DNA of 64,000 nucleotides from Carcharhinus longimanus (Eukaryota). The stretch covers positions 93,164,923 through 93,228,922 of the forward strand of contig JASCQW010000081.1 in the NCBI GenBank assembly GCA_030264375.1, given 5' to 3'. Under the pieces are notes generated by a model that worked only from the letters and a program-made list of their open reading frames with translations, had not been told where the DNA came from and made no database searches. How positions within the stretch are numbered: position 1 is the first letter of the stretch; each line of letters begins with the position of its first letter. Both the position numbers and the translations under genes were made by a program. This document shows positions 23,830 through 38,409 of this stretch, one piece after another.

Positions 23830-26500
23830 ATAGTTCCAATGCCGGGGAGATCATATTTGCAGGGAGTGTCTCGAGCTTCATCATCTGGAACTCTGATTTT
23901 GAGAGTTGCTGCGGTGACTGGGGACACTAAAAAGCATCCAAAAGGCAGAGTATATTATGGATACTAGGCATAGCGAGGTGGTCACGTCGTAGGCTAACAT
24001 ACATAGGTACGAAGGGAATGACTGACCAGTTGGAGGAGCAAAATTACACGGCAGACAATACAGGATTCTTATGTGGCTATTTCCCAGCGAAGCACGTTTA
24101 CCACTCCTGATACTATAGAGGAGAATGGCCTGTTAGTGGGAAACAAAAACAACTCTTTTTTTTGCAGCATGGTTGGCTTGTTTGCACAAGAGCGAAATTA
24201 AAAGCGCTGTGATGCAGTGGTTGCAGTGAATCAAGTTTTAGGCGCCCATATGACCTTTCTGTGGCCACAAAAAGAAGGAGACATTAGGGTCTTATATTGC
24301 CGACGGTAGTGATCCCTGCATTACTACCACGTGCGAGTTAAATACAAATGGATGTTCATATTGGATTAATATGCGATTAAAGGGATTGTGCGAGTGGGAA
24401 GATTTCAGATTTATTGGTCATAGCGAGCTGTTTGGGATGTACCCTGAAACAATACAAAATTAAACCTTTACACGTGGGCAGAATCTGAACTGACGTCACG
24501 GGCATTTTTTTTCCCGAAAGAATTGGGGGTTGTTTAAACTCAAATAGCACGCGTATGACAAACTATACGATCAGCCACAGGATGGAAAAATCAAAAACAA
24601 GAAACTATTTGGGTAAAATAAAAAAAAAGATCGGCAGTAAGCAAGGTCCTGATAAAGTACAGCGACAACAAAAAAAAAATCCTGCGTGTGACGAGTCAAG
24701 TTAGGAAAAAAACAGAAGTCTATGAATTAATATGTGGAGAGTCGCAATACCTCGCAGAAGTAATGACACAAATGAACAAGAAGAGTTCGGGTATAGTGGA
24801 GATTCCAAACCTCCTTGTCTGGTTAACAGGAATAGTAAATCCTTATGTAGCTGTAGTCAACATTTTGGAAAGGCAAACTAAATTGAACCAAAAAGAAACA
24901 ATTGAGCTGCATTGCTGGTTAAAGGAAAAAAAATAAGACAATAGTGAGGGACGGTATTTGCTTCGAAGATTTGAAATGTGTGTGGGCTGAGCTGAGTAGG
25001 GCAACGGCCAAACAAAAAACATTGCTTTATGTTATACTGAAATTTACTGATGATTTTCTGAATGAAAGTAAACGAGGGATTTGTGAAACGTGTGATCAAG
25101 AGGTATTTGTGATTCGGCTGAACTTCAATCTGCATATGGATTGGGCCAATCGATTTAGTGGCAAATGGGAAGGAATATCTGGCGCGCATACAGTTTTTTT
25201 TGGAATACGGCGTTAATAAACCAACTAGAGAAAAGGTATCCCAGAATGGGCGTTGCGTAAATGAGAGAGAGAAAAACAAATAATGCTTTTTCATCTAGTT
25301 ACACGACAACATTGCAGATATGTGAGCAACATTTGATATAATTATTCATCAAGATGGGGGCTAATGGACATAATCCTGAAAGCAGAGTCATGAATCTTAA
25401 AATGGGGAATTATGATGGTTAGAAGCGCAAGGTAGCTCCGATAAATCGGGAAACGGTTCTTTACAAGGTTATTGTAGAAAGGCCAAAGCAAACATACAGT
25501 GAATGGGTGAACTGCAACGATTGTGTTTTCCACTTTGAGACTCAAAAATAAAATTAGGCCAAACATAGGTTACATGATCAATAATAGACATCACTAGATG
25601 CAAGGAAGCGGCATAAAACATGGCCAGATAGATAAACAGTATTAGGGATGGGAACATTTTGCTATACTGCAACAGAAAACCAAGCGTTTGAACTAGAAGT
25701 AGGAGTTCGGAATGACAGTACGTTTCCTGCGAACATAAAAAAAAACTTTTCCAGTTATATGAACAGAAACACAAAATTGGTGAATTCAAATATAAATCCA
25801 TTGCATTCGGAAAGATTGCAACTTATCCCAGGAGACATAGAATCGTTGTTCAACTAAACGCACATGTTTCGCTGTCTTTGCAAAGGAAGACATAAGTGAC
25901 ATACCAGCAATGCTGAGGCACATAGGGTTCAGTGAGAGGGATGTGTTGAATGAAATTAGAATTAGTAGAGGAAAGGTGTTGGATAAATGCATGGGATTAA
26001 ATGCAGGTAACTTTCCATCGCCTGATATTTCACATCCAGGAGTACTTACTGAAGTGCTTCTAGAATTAATCGATGCATTCTTGGTAAATTTAGAAGATTC
26101 TATAAATTTTGAATTAGATCCTGTAGAATAACATGCAGGTGGGATAATAGTCTAACGTTATGGGGAATGCATCGAAAAATAGGGAACTGCAGTCAATTAA
26201 TCCGAAGGTTGAGGTAGAGAAGTTACGAGAGACCGTTATCAATGATCTAATAGCAGAATACTTTGAAAGATAAAGTAAATTCGAAAAGTCGTCATGAGTT
26301 TCGGGAAAGAAAATGATCTTGATAAATTTAGATTAATTTTGCGAAGGTGTAACTGATAAGGTTATTGAATGTGAGCAAATTAATGCTTTTATTTAATTTG
26401 AACGTTAAAAAATACTTTTGACAACGTAAAAAAAGAGAGTAGCGTGCGAAAGTAAAGCACATGAGATTGGTTGCATTCTCTCAAGATGAATAGGGAACTG
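23830..26500 (+). mobile_element. Decayed CR1 LINE (ORF1 remnant and ORF2 EN/RT)
   Basis: 'FNLHMDWAN', 'KVLDKCMGLNAGNFPSPDISHPGVLTEV' (cf. KSPGPDGLHPRVLKEV). Confidence 0.8.
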
Positions 26501-26511
26501 TTTAGCAGAAA

Positions 26512-26857
26512 AAAGAACAGTACAGCACAGGAAACAGACCCTTCGGCCCTCCAAGCCTGCGCTGCTCGTTGGTCCAACTAGACCATTCGTTTCTATCTCC
26601 CCATCCCCAGTCTGCTCATGCGACTATCCAGGTAAGTCTTAAACAATGCCAGCATGTCCGCCTCAACCACTCTACTTGGCAGTGCATTCCACGCCCCCAC
26701 CACTCTCTTTTTAAAATCGTCCCTCTGATATCTGAGTTAAACCTCGCCAATCTCAACTTGAGCCCGTGACCCCTCGTGATCGTCACTTACGAACTGGGGA
26801 AAAGCTTCCCACTATTCCACCTATCTACACCCTTCATAATTTAGTACAACTCTATTA
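26512..26857 (-). mobile_element. Younger CR1 3' end, truncated by a gap
   Basis: aaagaacagtacagcacaggaaacagacccttcggccc... reverse-complement CR1 tail. Confidence 0.85.
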
Positions 26858-26957
26858 NNNNNNNNNNNNNNNNNNNNNNNNNNNNNNNNNNNNNNNNNNN
26901 NNNNNNNNNNNNNNNNNNNNNNNNNNNNNNNNNNNNNNNNNNNNNNNNNNNNNNNNN
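26858..26957. other. Assembly gap (100 N)
   Basis: N run. Confidence 0.99.
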
Positions 26958-27450
26958 AATAACATTCGCACCAAACAATTGCCAGACAATGGCCATGTAC
27001 AAAATTCGAGAATCTATGCATCTGCCCTTGAAATACAATGGCAAAATCATTGCTGGATCTCGCAGTATGAGGGGCCTGGTGGTTATCAGAGAACAGAGAC
27101 TGTACTGCACGAGTCATACAAATGTTCTGGCCATGACAACAAGCTAGGGGCTTGATGTCCTGCGGCCAATAACTTAGTTCGTGATTCCCAGAATTCTGCA
27201 CAGCATCCGCATTATTAAACTCGGGAGCTTGATGGAATAAATGAATAAATAAGTAATAAAATAAATTCTCCGAACATGAGAATGGATACATCTCCAAAAT
27301 ACATTGGGTAACCCACTACATCCTGGACAAAACAGCCCTTTTGGGTGCTATTCCTTCAACACGCATTCAATCCCTCCATCACTGAATAGCGAAGTAAATG
27401 TCACCATATTCAACATACAAAGAATCTCAGGAACGTCCCTTACGCATCAC
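26958..27450 (+). mobile_element. LINE RT 3' remnant (second CR1-like family)
   Basis: Similar to 33380-33800 (FAP..CQ.M motif region). Confidence 0.55.
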
Positions 27451-27682
27451 CTTCCAAACCGGCGAAATAAAGATGGACAAGAGTGGCAGGTGTCTGAAAA
27501 CATCAACATATGGTAGTTATCGTTTAAGTCATTCAGTATTCTGACTTGGAATGCAGTTCTGTTCTATCACACTGGCTGTGTCAATGTTTCGCAACTTTTC
27601 CATGCAGCTCCCTGTGCCGAGACATCATGGGCCGTTGTGGTTCAAGAAGGCAGCTCAGCGCTATGTCTTCAACGTCACTTAC

Positions 27683-27703
27683 GGATGAGCAATATTTTCC
27701 GGC
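27683..27703 (-). CDS. Candidate 21-nt (or 42-nt, to 27724) phase-1 micro-exon, xRKILLI
   Basis: Donor gtaagt; two in-frame acceptors, both open in phase 1. Confidence 0.35.
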
Positions 27704-28049
27704 CTGTTCGCAAAAATCTTATTCCTGAAATTAACGTTAAATAGGCGTTCCTAACAATCGGCTATCCACAATTGCACACATTTTATTAATGCAATGTTCC
27801 AATCGTCAGTAGGTTGTTCCACTTTAAATTGCCTAGGCCAGTTTCACAAAAAAATCAATTGACAGGCTGTCATAAATCTCTTAAAAGGAAAAAAAAAAGG
27901 CAGCTGGCATGCATACTAAAGTTGCCAAATGTGACTGGAATGCCCATGCCAATGGAAAGTGTTTCCATTACGCCATTCTTAAAAATTAGCCAGGAAATAG
28001 GGGCAATTACCAGAGTTTTATGCCGTTTATCGAGGGAGCTGTGATGATT

Positions 28050-29800
28050 TGTGTATCGTCCATAACTGTAAGGTTTCATGTCCAAATGCATCAAGACCTG
28101 GAAGATGTGGAAGCTTGGCTCCTTTCCTTGTGTTGATGCATTTCGACTGACCTGCTTCACTACATGAGGATTTGCGAACGGTACTTTTTTTTTAAACTCT
28201 AAAACCGCAAGATTCTCGTTGCCTCCACTGCCTGGAAGTTCGCCTCGTGGGACGAAGCTCTTTATTCTACTCAAAATTTAACTAATTACGCCAAGCTGGC
28301 ACTGAACATCTACAACTCCAATGAACCCAATCAGCGGAATCGTGCATCCGAACTGCAAATAAATGGATCATTGGCCTTCTCGAGTTGAGGTTTTGTTATT
28401 CCAGAAGTTTTATTTATATAATCTCTTGAATGTATTTCTTTTGAAGTTGCTGTCAGCTGCTCAGTGCACAATATGCTTCCAGCAAGAGGTGACCACATTG
28501 GAAGAGGACCCACAGAAGACGCTTCGATTATTGTTTCTGTGGAAGACATACGAGTCCGCAGGCTACTGTATAGTCCCAATGTGAGTGAGGACCATTCTTG
28601 GAGATAGTAAGCTCTGAGTGGCTGTGATTATGAGAAATGCCAGCGACGCAGCCAAAATAGACTAAATTGATTGCAAGGGCAACGCCACCTTACAGATAAT
28701 GATGTATGAGTCAGCCCTTTCATCCTGTAGTCAAATTACGCTGCAAAAGAAAAGCCATCTAGCTGCGGGAATTACTGTTACGTGGGGAATAAACCTAGCG
28801 ACGATTCCATCCCAGGCACAGGACAAAAATGAAGAATGCTGATCAGAATTTTATAATGATCTAAGTAGCTTCTCCAGACGTAAGTCGCAGACTAGCAGCA
28901 CTTATGGAGCTAAATGGGAATCTGCACTCCTTCCAGTTGCCTGTACTGGCAGGCTTCCGAACCCCGCTGGCGACGTTTAGTCTTCAGCACGCTGTTTATG
29001 CCTGCTAACATTTTATTGGCCAAAGAGTATGAAATAAAAGTCTGGTTCCCATGACGGTTGGAGAACGATTAGGTATAAACTTCAGATTTGGACGATTACT
29101 TTTGAATACCTCGTTGAAAACTCAGCCGCATATTCTGTGGGGAGGCAATGACGCTATACATAGCGCATGCCAATACGTCGACCATAACACTGAAGTAGAC
29201 AGTTAACTGTCTCAGATTTCGCTGTATCTCAGCCACGCATTTAAAGCTAAGAGGGCCAGCCCAGACGCTTTAACCGGATCATCTGTTGTTAGTAAGAATG
29301 GTGCATCTTTGTGTCATTCCTCCAATCACAAACAAGTGATATGCACACACCTCTTCCGTTTTTGTCCGAAATCGTCCAAATATCTTAAAGTCTTGGTTGC
29401 TCTTTTAATAGCACGGTCTCTTATCGGAGAGTAGTTCGAACAATGGCAAGATTGGCGTTTTGACACTATTAGAAATGCAACGCCGGCAATCAATCAGATT
29501 CGCAAGTTGTGTGTTGGGCTGGACCTACTACGCCTGACAGTCAAAAGATCTGTCTTAGGGAAGTGCACCCACAGCCATTTTCTCTTGAGCGTGCCATCTC
29601 TGAATCTCGACCGGATTTCTGCTCCTGGCTCTTCCACTGCATGTTAGCTCGGCGACTGATGATCTGCTGGCCATTCCGTTAAATCGATGGTGCATCCGTC
29701 TGCCCAGGTGGATGTGATAATTCAAAAGCATCATCTGGAAAAACTGAACAGCACACAATCTTAGTGCATAGCCTATCATTTAATTGTTAATCAGCTAGGG
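28050..29800 (+). mobile_element. Very decayed DIRS-like (tyrosine-recombinase) retrotransposon remnant
   Basis: Ordered degenerate motifs EDAS (about 28515), TDN (about 28692), IPG..NAD (about 28810-28845), W.LH, IA...RRP, as in DIRS RNase H and downstream region. Confidence 0.4.
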
Positions 29801-30652
29801 GGAAAAAGCTGGCAATTGTCACATTGCTATTCATAGAAGCTTCAGACTTGGACAATTGCTGCTAAACATCCTAACATTACAATATATCCTGCGTCCTATA
29901 AATTTAAATCGACTTGGCAATAGACAGCTTTCAATACTAGCATTGTACTGAGCCAGGAGCGAAAGGAAAGATTACCCCGCTTTTGATATTTGATTTAAAG
30001 GAGTGATTTTTGAGGGTCGAAAATGCTCAACAGATCAGATACTTTGGCAGGATTTTGGGAGAAAGTCTCTGATTTCCTCCAATTCCGATGTCAGACGTAA
30101 AGCATCATTAAATGTGGATCATTGTGTTTAAGCATTGAACAAAATAACGTGATCCTTTAATAATCAATTAAATATGATCGCAATTCGAATGCATGGCGTG
30201 TACGTTTGCACAATAGTGACATTATTTTCGATTTTTTCCCAAAACCAACTGAATCCATAGGTTAGGTTAAAAAAAAAAGTTAGAACATCATTCATTCTAA
30301 CGACTGCCGCACAATTATTTGTTCTGAGACGAAAAAAAAATAAATACAGGGAATAATTAAACTGAAAAAAGCGGATTGTCAACGTAAAATGTTGTTTATT
30401 TGTTTCCTTCTGTATCCTCTTATTTTTGTAATTGACAATGTTAATTATCAAACTCTTATCGGAGAGTAAATCGAAAGTATCGGGCGGGTGTTATAGAATT
30501 ACAAGTTTGCCCCCGTTGGTTCAGCTGGTACAGGAAATGTACTTATGTCATAGACGAACATGCAAACAAACATGAACACATGCACACAGTTACAACTGCG
30601 CATGCACATACTTACATCTTGTCGCCCATTAGGATTGTGTTTTCTCACTTAC

Positions 30653-30670
30653 CGCTTGACGTTGACTCTC
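30653..30670 (-). CDS. Candidate 18-nt micro-exon, xESTSS
   Basis: atcgctgcag|gagagtcaacgtcaagcg|gtaagt. Confidence 0.4.
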
Positions 30671-31809
30671 CTGCAGCGATATAATTAATTCGTTAATTAT
30701 TTGGTATCAGAGGACATTTGGAACATTCGCTTAGTGGTAATTCATATGTATGTATGCATGTGTGTTTTTCGCTTGCCGGTATCTCAGACATTGACTTCAT
30801 ACACGCAAATTTCCTACAATACAGAACAGCCTACCTGCACTTACTGAGATCTGAAAGACTGTTTCAAGCCACTGCAGGGTTCACAGGCACTGACAATCGC
30901 TCAGCCACTACATTTAATAAGTATGTTTTTGATGATTATTATAGCAAATACTGTAAATGATCTGGAATTACACGGCGGGAAAATGGCCAAAAGTTGAATA
31001 TTCACCAATGCATACCTCAGTTTAGATTTTTGAATGTTAAATGATCCCTCCTGAAATTTAGGATCACGGCCTTCATCAACATTCATTGAATGTTAATTCC
31101 AAAAATAAGGACGACATTGAATTTGGGTAGATTCATGACCTTTCCACATGAGCAATTTATTATTCAGTGAGTGTTCTAATTCTTTGAAATATTGTTATGT
31201 ATTTGTTCTTTATTTTGCGTTATATAAAACTCACTACCATCAATATTTTGATTTAACAGCATGTTCAATATTTCCTTGAACGGATGTTGGATCTTTTTCT
31301 CTCGAAATGGAAGGAATGACAGATGTGCTTGTACCTGAAAACAAATTTAACAATGCACGTTCATTGTTTGCTCTGCAATGGTCAAAGGCGGTTTTATGGC
31401 AATGTCGCTTCATCATTGATTAAGACCCACAAGCTATGATCACAGTTTAAATCCCAGCAAAGTGCATGTTTGAATTTAAATGCAACCAGTAAAAGTGTTC
31501 GTTACTGTTTGAACAATGACGACCAAGGACGACTGGGTCAATGTGCTGTTTAATGGAAGCAAATTGTCTCCTTGTCGTCATTTCAACTATTTGTGACGAT
31601 AGAGTAATTGGAATGTATACAACTCTGAATCCGCCTCTAAAATTGTTCAGCAAGCCTATCAGTTGAAACGAGCCCCTAAGGAACGTAACAAAAAGGTAGT
31701 GAATTGAATATTGTGTATGGGAAAATGCATTTAAATTGTATATTGCTGACATGCAATCTTCTTCTTTCGAAAATTTGCACACTTTTGCTAAAATGCGAGA
31801 GTTGGCCCA

Positions 31810-32770
31810 TGTGAGGGAACATGCGCCAGAAGGAATTCAAGCCGGACAAATGCGAGGGGGTGCATTTTGAATGATTAAATTTAGGTCTGAAATATACCGT
31901 AAATGGCAGAACCTACAGAAGGATCTAGGGTTGCACGTCCCCAGTTCCGTGAAAGTGGCAACACAGCTTGCAAGGTGATAATATGAAGGCATATGACATT
32001 CAAAGAATAATAGAAACCCTACGAAGCAGAAGAAGGCCATTTGGCCCATCGAGTCTGCACCGACCACAATCCCTGCCCCCATATCCCTATTTACCCGCTA
32101 ATCTCTCTAGTCTACGCACCTCAGGACTCTAAATGACATTTTTTAGCGTGGCCAATCAAGCTACTCCGCACATCTTTGAACCGTTTCCTTCGTCAGCGAG
32201 GGCATTGAGTTAAGGAATTTGGAAATCATGTTACAGCTATATAAAAGTTTAGCCAGCCCGCATTTTATTGCATTGCATGCAATTCCGGTCATCAAACAAC
32301 CAGAATGACGTGGATACTTTGGATAGGCTGATCTCAAGATGTCGACAATGAGGAAAGATTGATTCAGCAAGGATTGCATTCGGTCTAAAGGCGGAGGCAG
32401 GGGAAACCTGATAGAGATTCACAAACTTAAGGGAGACATAAGCATGTTGGATTGTCGAATGCCTTTTCTGGGGTGGAAGTGTCAATTACAAGGGGGCAAA
32501 CCTTCAACCTGAGAGGGGAAAATTTACCAGAGATGTACGGGGGATGTTCTTCACGCAAAGAGTGGTGCGTGCCCTGAAAGCGCTGCCAGGAGTTTGTGGA
32601 ATCAGGAACATTGCTAACATTTAACAAGGGTCTGAATGGGTGCATGCACAGCGAAGAAATGGCTTGATAGAAGCAGGGTAAGGGCAGACGACCTTTTTCA
32701 TTATTGGCAGAGGTTTAGACGGCTGAAGGGTCTGCTTTTGTTCTGTGCTCTTCATTATTCTTCGTTCATT
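31810..32770 (+). mobile_element. CR1 3' fragment interrupted by an inverted SINE/CR1 tail (about 32010-32180)
   Basis: DLGLHV, MLQLYKSL, FTQRVV motifs; inverted tail tagaaaccctacgaagcagaagaaggccatttggcccatcgag. Confidence 0.85.
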
Positions 32771-33239
32771 GTTTTTTGGTTCAAATCTGTAGCAGCTTTC
32801 ATAAAATAGGCAAGGAATCCTTGATAAATAGACATGATTATTAAGAAGTGAGTCACAGAGCGCCTGAAGTATTTCCTCCTGTTTCATAACTGCGCGCATA
32901 TTTTGGGGTGTCTTTGCGTTAGTGCAGACTTTGTTTACTTTATTCATCTTTCCTTTTCCATAGTCCTAGAAAATCAGTTTGCAATTACATATTTCGTAAT
33001 GATTTGCTGACGCCTTCAGCGTTTTGAAATGTATCTAAGTACTTAAATATATATCCTGCAACGCATACTCTATAATCTTCGTTATACCGAATTCTGCAAG
33101 ACCATATTGAAGTTCTATTCCTTTATGGTAATTCATAAGGCCTACTCAATACCCTGAAAATGTTATTGCTTGTTCCTGACGCTCAGCCAGAGGAAATGAC
33201 GACCTTAAATAAAATCTCTCCGAAGATATCAGGATGTTA

Positions 33240-34150
33240 GCTTCACAAAATAATTCAGACGATATCAGAATTGGGGATATTCATCGATGATTGCAATGTA
33301 CAGAACCATTTCCAACTCCTCAGGTACTGAAGCAGTCCATGTTCAAATGTAACAAAGTTAAGACAATATCCAACTTGGACTGACAAGTGGCAACCATCAT
33401 AGACGCCACAGAGATACCAGGCAATGATCAGCACAAATGTGGGGCACACTAATCTTTTACCCCTAATATTCTGTGGTGCAACCATCACTGGACCCCCCAC
33501 TGCCAATGACATTGGGGCTAGCATTGAACAGAAACTCAACTAGGCACGCCACGTAAGCACAGTGCCTACAAGACGTATTAAGATTATAGGAGAACTGCGG
33601 CATGTAGCTCACCATCGACACCCAATGTCTGTCCAACATCTAAAGGGCACTAGTCAGGAATGTGCTTGAATAGTCCGAGGATGCCTGGATGCATGCAACT
33701 ACAATAACACTCAATGAGGTTGGCACAATACAGCACAACAGAGCAGGCTTGACTGGTACTTTTTCGGAAAAAAAATCCTCCCTTCCCCACCTATGATAAA
33801 TGGCCACAGCGTGTACTACCTACAAGATGCAGTTCAGAAACTCAACGAAGTAAAAAAACAAATCCTTCAACAAAAACTCCAAGCCCCAGAACAAATATAT
33901 CTAGAATGATAGGGGCACAGGTACAATGCAACACGACGAACTGATATCCCCCCTAGAAGTCACTCACCATCCTTACTTGAAATGTATCCTCTTCCTTCAC
34001 CAGACCTAAATCCCGGAATTCGCTTCCTAACGGAATTGTGGTTCAACCCACAACACGTGGACTGTACCGATTCAAAAGAGCAGCTCACAACTGCTGACTC
34101 AAATGCATCAAATGAAAAGTCAATTTGGCCAACCAACTACGCCTATGCTG
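33240..34150 (+). mobile_element. LINE RT and 3' end (CR1-like, second family)
   Basis: FIDDC (FADD-like), 'DNIQLGLTSG/WTDKWQ' motifs. Confidence 0.7.
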
Positions 34151-34189
34151 CAGATTAAATTAAAGGATAATAATATTTCAGCTGAAATT

Positions 34190-35800
34190 CAGTAAATACT
34201 GGCTCAATGGACACAATCATGAATTCGCATAAAACACTGGGTGAACCCTTGCTGTGCAATTACTCTGACAATTCTATATTTTCGTCAATGAAAAGAACCG
34301 AACTGCACATAATATTCCAGTTATCACCTTAGAAAGTAGCTGAATCCTGCCATTAAATATTTTTACGCCTGTATTGAAATTCCTTGCGAATAATACATAC
34401 ATGCAATTTGCCTCCCCTCCTCCGCCTCCCCCACCGCCTTCCACCAACTTATTTGCACGTGTACATGCGTTTGTTCATTGACGTGTTTCCAAGAACACCT
34501 ATGTCACTATGCAGGACAATGGATATTGAGTCATCACCGTTTAAAAATAAATTTGCCATGATCTCCTTCTGATGTTGATCACGGTGATCTTTATTAACGT
34601 TATCTTGCTCCTGGAATGCATTTCCCCACTCTCTCAAATTGCCTGTATGACCTTGTAACATCATAACATCTTCATTGAACTCAAATTTCCACTATCCTCT
34701 CTTCAATTACGTTGCAGAATCACATTTGTCTCCATCATCCAAGGCAGTGTTGTTCATTGTGAATGTATACGTTCCAATCACTGATCCTCCTGAGAACACT
34801 TTGTTTATCGTCGGTTAGTCAGAGCAAACTCACCGTATTTTCTACTATTTCCTCTTTGTCTACGTAGCAATGTTCAATCCATACATTAATTTCCCGAAAT
34901 GCATACATTTTTGCACATGGACAGTTTATAAATACATTTTATCAAAGTCTTTGCGTCAATCCAAGTACACCACATACACCGCTTGATGCGTATCTATTAA
35001 TCAAGCAACAACCAAACAAAACAAAAACCCGTAGGTATGTCAAACAAGATATGCAATTAATAATTATAAGCTTAAATTTGAATAATTCTATTTATATTTA
35101 CGAATGACATTGCTACAACGTCGTCGAAAAAAAACACCCCACACTTTGTCTAGTAACTTTTTAGACAGGCCTATTTTTACCTTTATTTCATCCTAAGTCC
35201 CTTCTGAAATTTGCAAAATTTCATTTACAACCCGCTAATAAGCATGGACGATGGCCAAAACCCAAAGAGTTTCGTAGATGACTACCCGTCATATAGCTCC
35301 TTGAGCAACTCCATCTTTAACATCCGATGTGGATTTTTCGGCGTTCAGTCCGTTAGAGCCCTGGGACTTCAGGTTTTTCTTCCCTATGGTCCATCCAAAA
35401 CTATTTTTTCTTAGAAATGCGCATTCCTTCTGTTCAATAGACGCTTAGTAATATCGCATTTACGGGATTTCATTTTCGTTTCCCTCCCTTATTGCGAAGT
35501 GTGCTGCAAAGTCTTCATTTGTCTCTCATAAATTTCCCCGTTTTGCACTTCAATTTGAATTATTCAATCGTTCTGTTGAATGTTCTTATAAGATATTTTA
35601 CAGTCCTCTTTGCCGTTATAAAGTCAGATAAGATTATAGCATGGAAACCGGCCCTTCGGCCCAACTTGTGTATGTCGTCCAGTTTTATCACTAAGCGAGT
35701 TCCAATTGTCCGCACTTGATCTATATCGTTCAATATCCGTCTTGTACGGGCAACTGTGTAAATGCTTTCCTAAGCGTCTTGAAAGTTTACTCATATTTTT
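34190..35800 (-). mobile_element. Decayed CR1 fragments
   Basis: Reverse-complement CR1 motifs (tccaagtacaccacat = VVYLD; tail at about 35630-35780). Confidence 0.55.
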
Positions 35801-38409
35801 CCCTTTCTTCTTAATAAATGCACTTGCTTCTCTCTTATTGAATTCTAAATAGCTCCTAAATTAAGATCCGTTGTATTTTTATTCATAATGTCACATTACT
35901 ATACATCGTTGGTGCTTCGATTAGGTTTTTCGCAACTACAATACTTCGTTTTTACCAATGTTTGTCTTTATACATAAGGAATGCAACGACGAAAAATATT
36001 TGGATGGTGAAAACCCTGTTCACATTCACGACTTAGCGAAGATGAACATAAGATAGAGTAACGTTTTTAAGACGAGCTTTTTTTAGAACGGCATTTTCAT
36101 GCATTCATACACTGAAATGACGGACAGCAGAAAATCGCCACGAACTTCGTATGCAATTTTTTTTGTGCGTTGTTATCACCTCCGAAATATAAGAAGAATG
36201 CCGTATATGAATGTTTGAAAGTTCATCCAGTTCTTCAAGCATAACTGGTTACGTTCTTCAGCAGAATGAGATGAAAACGGTAAATACTGGAAATACTCAG
36301 TCCTTCAGATAGAACCTTTTTTGTTGCTCTTTGTTCTGAATACATTAACTCTGATTTGTATACCAATTTTTAATCTGGCGAGTATATCCTGCAGATTACA
36401 TTGTTGAATTTAATTTTAAAGTCTAGTATCATGATATGTTATTTGTTCAAACATTAGCTAAAGGTCTTTAAGATTTACATTCTGAACGTAGGATTCATGC
36501 ATTTGGTTCATATCGTCCTATGACGTGAAGCGTGTGATAGTGAGGTGATATATATTACAAGTCTGATAATGGTACTTCATATTTTGAATGCCGAGAAGCA
36601 AAATCCCCTGATGTCTGAACGCGAGGTGATTTTGATATAAATGTCTTCAAGCACGACTGTCAGAGAAGGCCTGATGTTTGTGAATCAGTTATTCATATAA
36701 ATGCCACATTGACATAATTGACAGGCGTTACCATTTTGCATTCACCTGCACCCACATCGACATCTAAAATGATGCCATACTTGTTCCGGGATTAAATTTA
36801 AAATTGTCTACATCAAAATGAGCGTGAAGCTTTTCAACGAATTGTGTCCTGATACTAACATCGGGAGTAGGAGTGGAAGTAGGCCATTTTGGAGACAGTA
36901 ACGTTTTTCCTAATTTCTGCCTGAAAAGGTAAATCCTAATATTAAAATATTCGGTTGTTCGGGATCCAGAAGACGTTTCATCCTTTCAAATTATAACTTA
37001 CCAATACCTGTCAGGCATATTTAGTTAGGCCAACTAACTGACTCTGCTCTATTTAATACCAGTGGGGATCCCAGCCTGTCTGCTTGATCCACATCAAACT
37101 ACTAGTTTATTCCAGGTAGCATCCTGGCTTGCCTTTAACGCGCGCTTGCAATCTGCACTAAATAAGCCATAAAAAATGTACAAGATATTCAAATGCCATC
37201 TCATAATTGCCCTGTGTTGCCCCCTTCACACAATTACAGTGTTTTAATAATACACAAGAATGACTTTTATCGAAATGCCCGTAATATCATTCTTTAAACT
37301 CCCGTCCTTCAAGAAGACAGGAATGGAACTTTATACTCTCCAGTCTGATGGAACATTTGCGTACATTTGTAATGTTAAAAAAAAACAATCACTGGAGTGC
37401 TGTCTCCTTCAACTGTTTAGCGACATTACACTTAATCCCACCTAGACCGAATACTTGTCAACCAGCAGCTCGTCAGTTTTCTCAGCGCGCTGAGTTTCAT
37501 TTCAACATTTTGCACTCGCCTAACCGCCTCCTGCTTCTTTAAAATAGCTTAATCGTGGTGTGCACGCTATCGTGAAGAGAGGAACATTTGCTTTTATTTC
37601 ACCCTTCATTTCCTGTTCATCTGCTTTTTATTCTCATTCTGCGGAGTCCCAAGACTGACATTACCAAAATTGTGTGGTTTAATTTCGTGAAAGCTGCGGC
37701 TTTCCATTTTGCATCATTGTCAAATAATGATTTATGTTCGAAACATTGAAATGCCTGGTCATTTTGTTTTCCTTGTAGAATGGAAACATTTTGAGCCAAA
37801 GTGATAGATACACACCTCTCTGTCCGTCTAACACTGTCCTATCATTGATGAATGCCCACTCAACTTCAACTCGTTGATCCTAAAATTAGTGGCAGTGCAA
37901 CACAGAAGGAAATCCTGGCTGACAATTATTCAGTCCAGATGCAATTGCGCGATATATTGTTGAAGGAGGTCTTAAGGGGCCCTCCTCTTATTGGCGTTAA
38001 TCCTTTTTCGTGTCAAATGCTCATTGTGAAATAATTTCTTGGAACCCTAATAGTTCCCTTCGTACACGCAACGTTCCTACTCATCTGTATTGATTGCGAT
38101 AGTGAACAGTTTTGCAAGCCACTGGACGTACAGATAATGGATTGGGCACCACACTTATTAAGTTTATTTTCTTCAGTGTCTGTCTTCTACAACTATACAA
38201 GTGATCCGACATTACATGTTGAAATAAAAAAGCAAGAGTTGAAAATGCACCAATGCACCTCTGTAAACGTTATTGCACGTTAAATGATTCCTCCTGAAAT
38301 ATTGCGCAAATGTATTTAATGAATACTAATTCCAAAATTATGGACAGTATGTAACTTTTCAAAAATGATGTGCCTTCACGTGTGGATAATTTGCAAACCA
38401 GGTGGTGCA

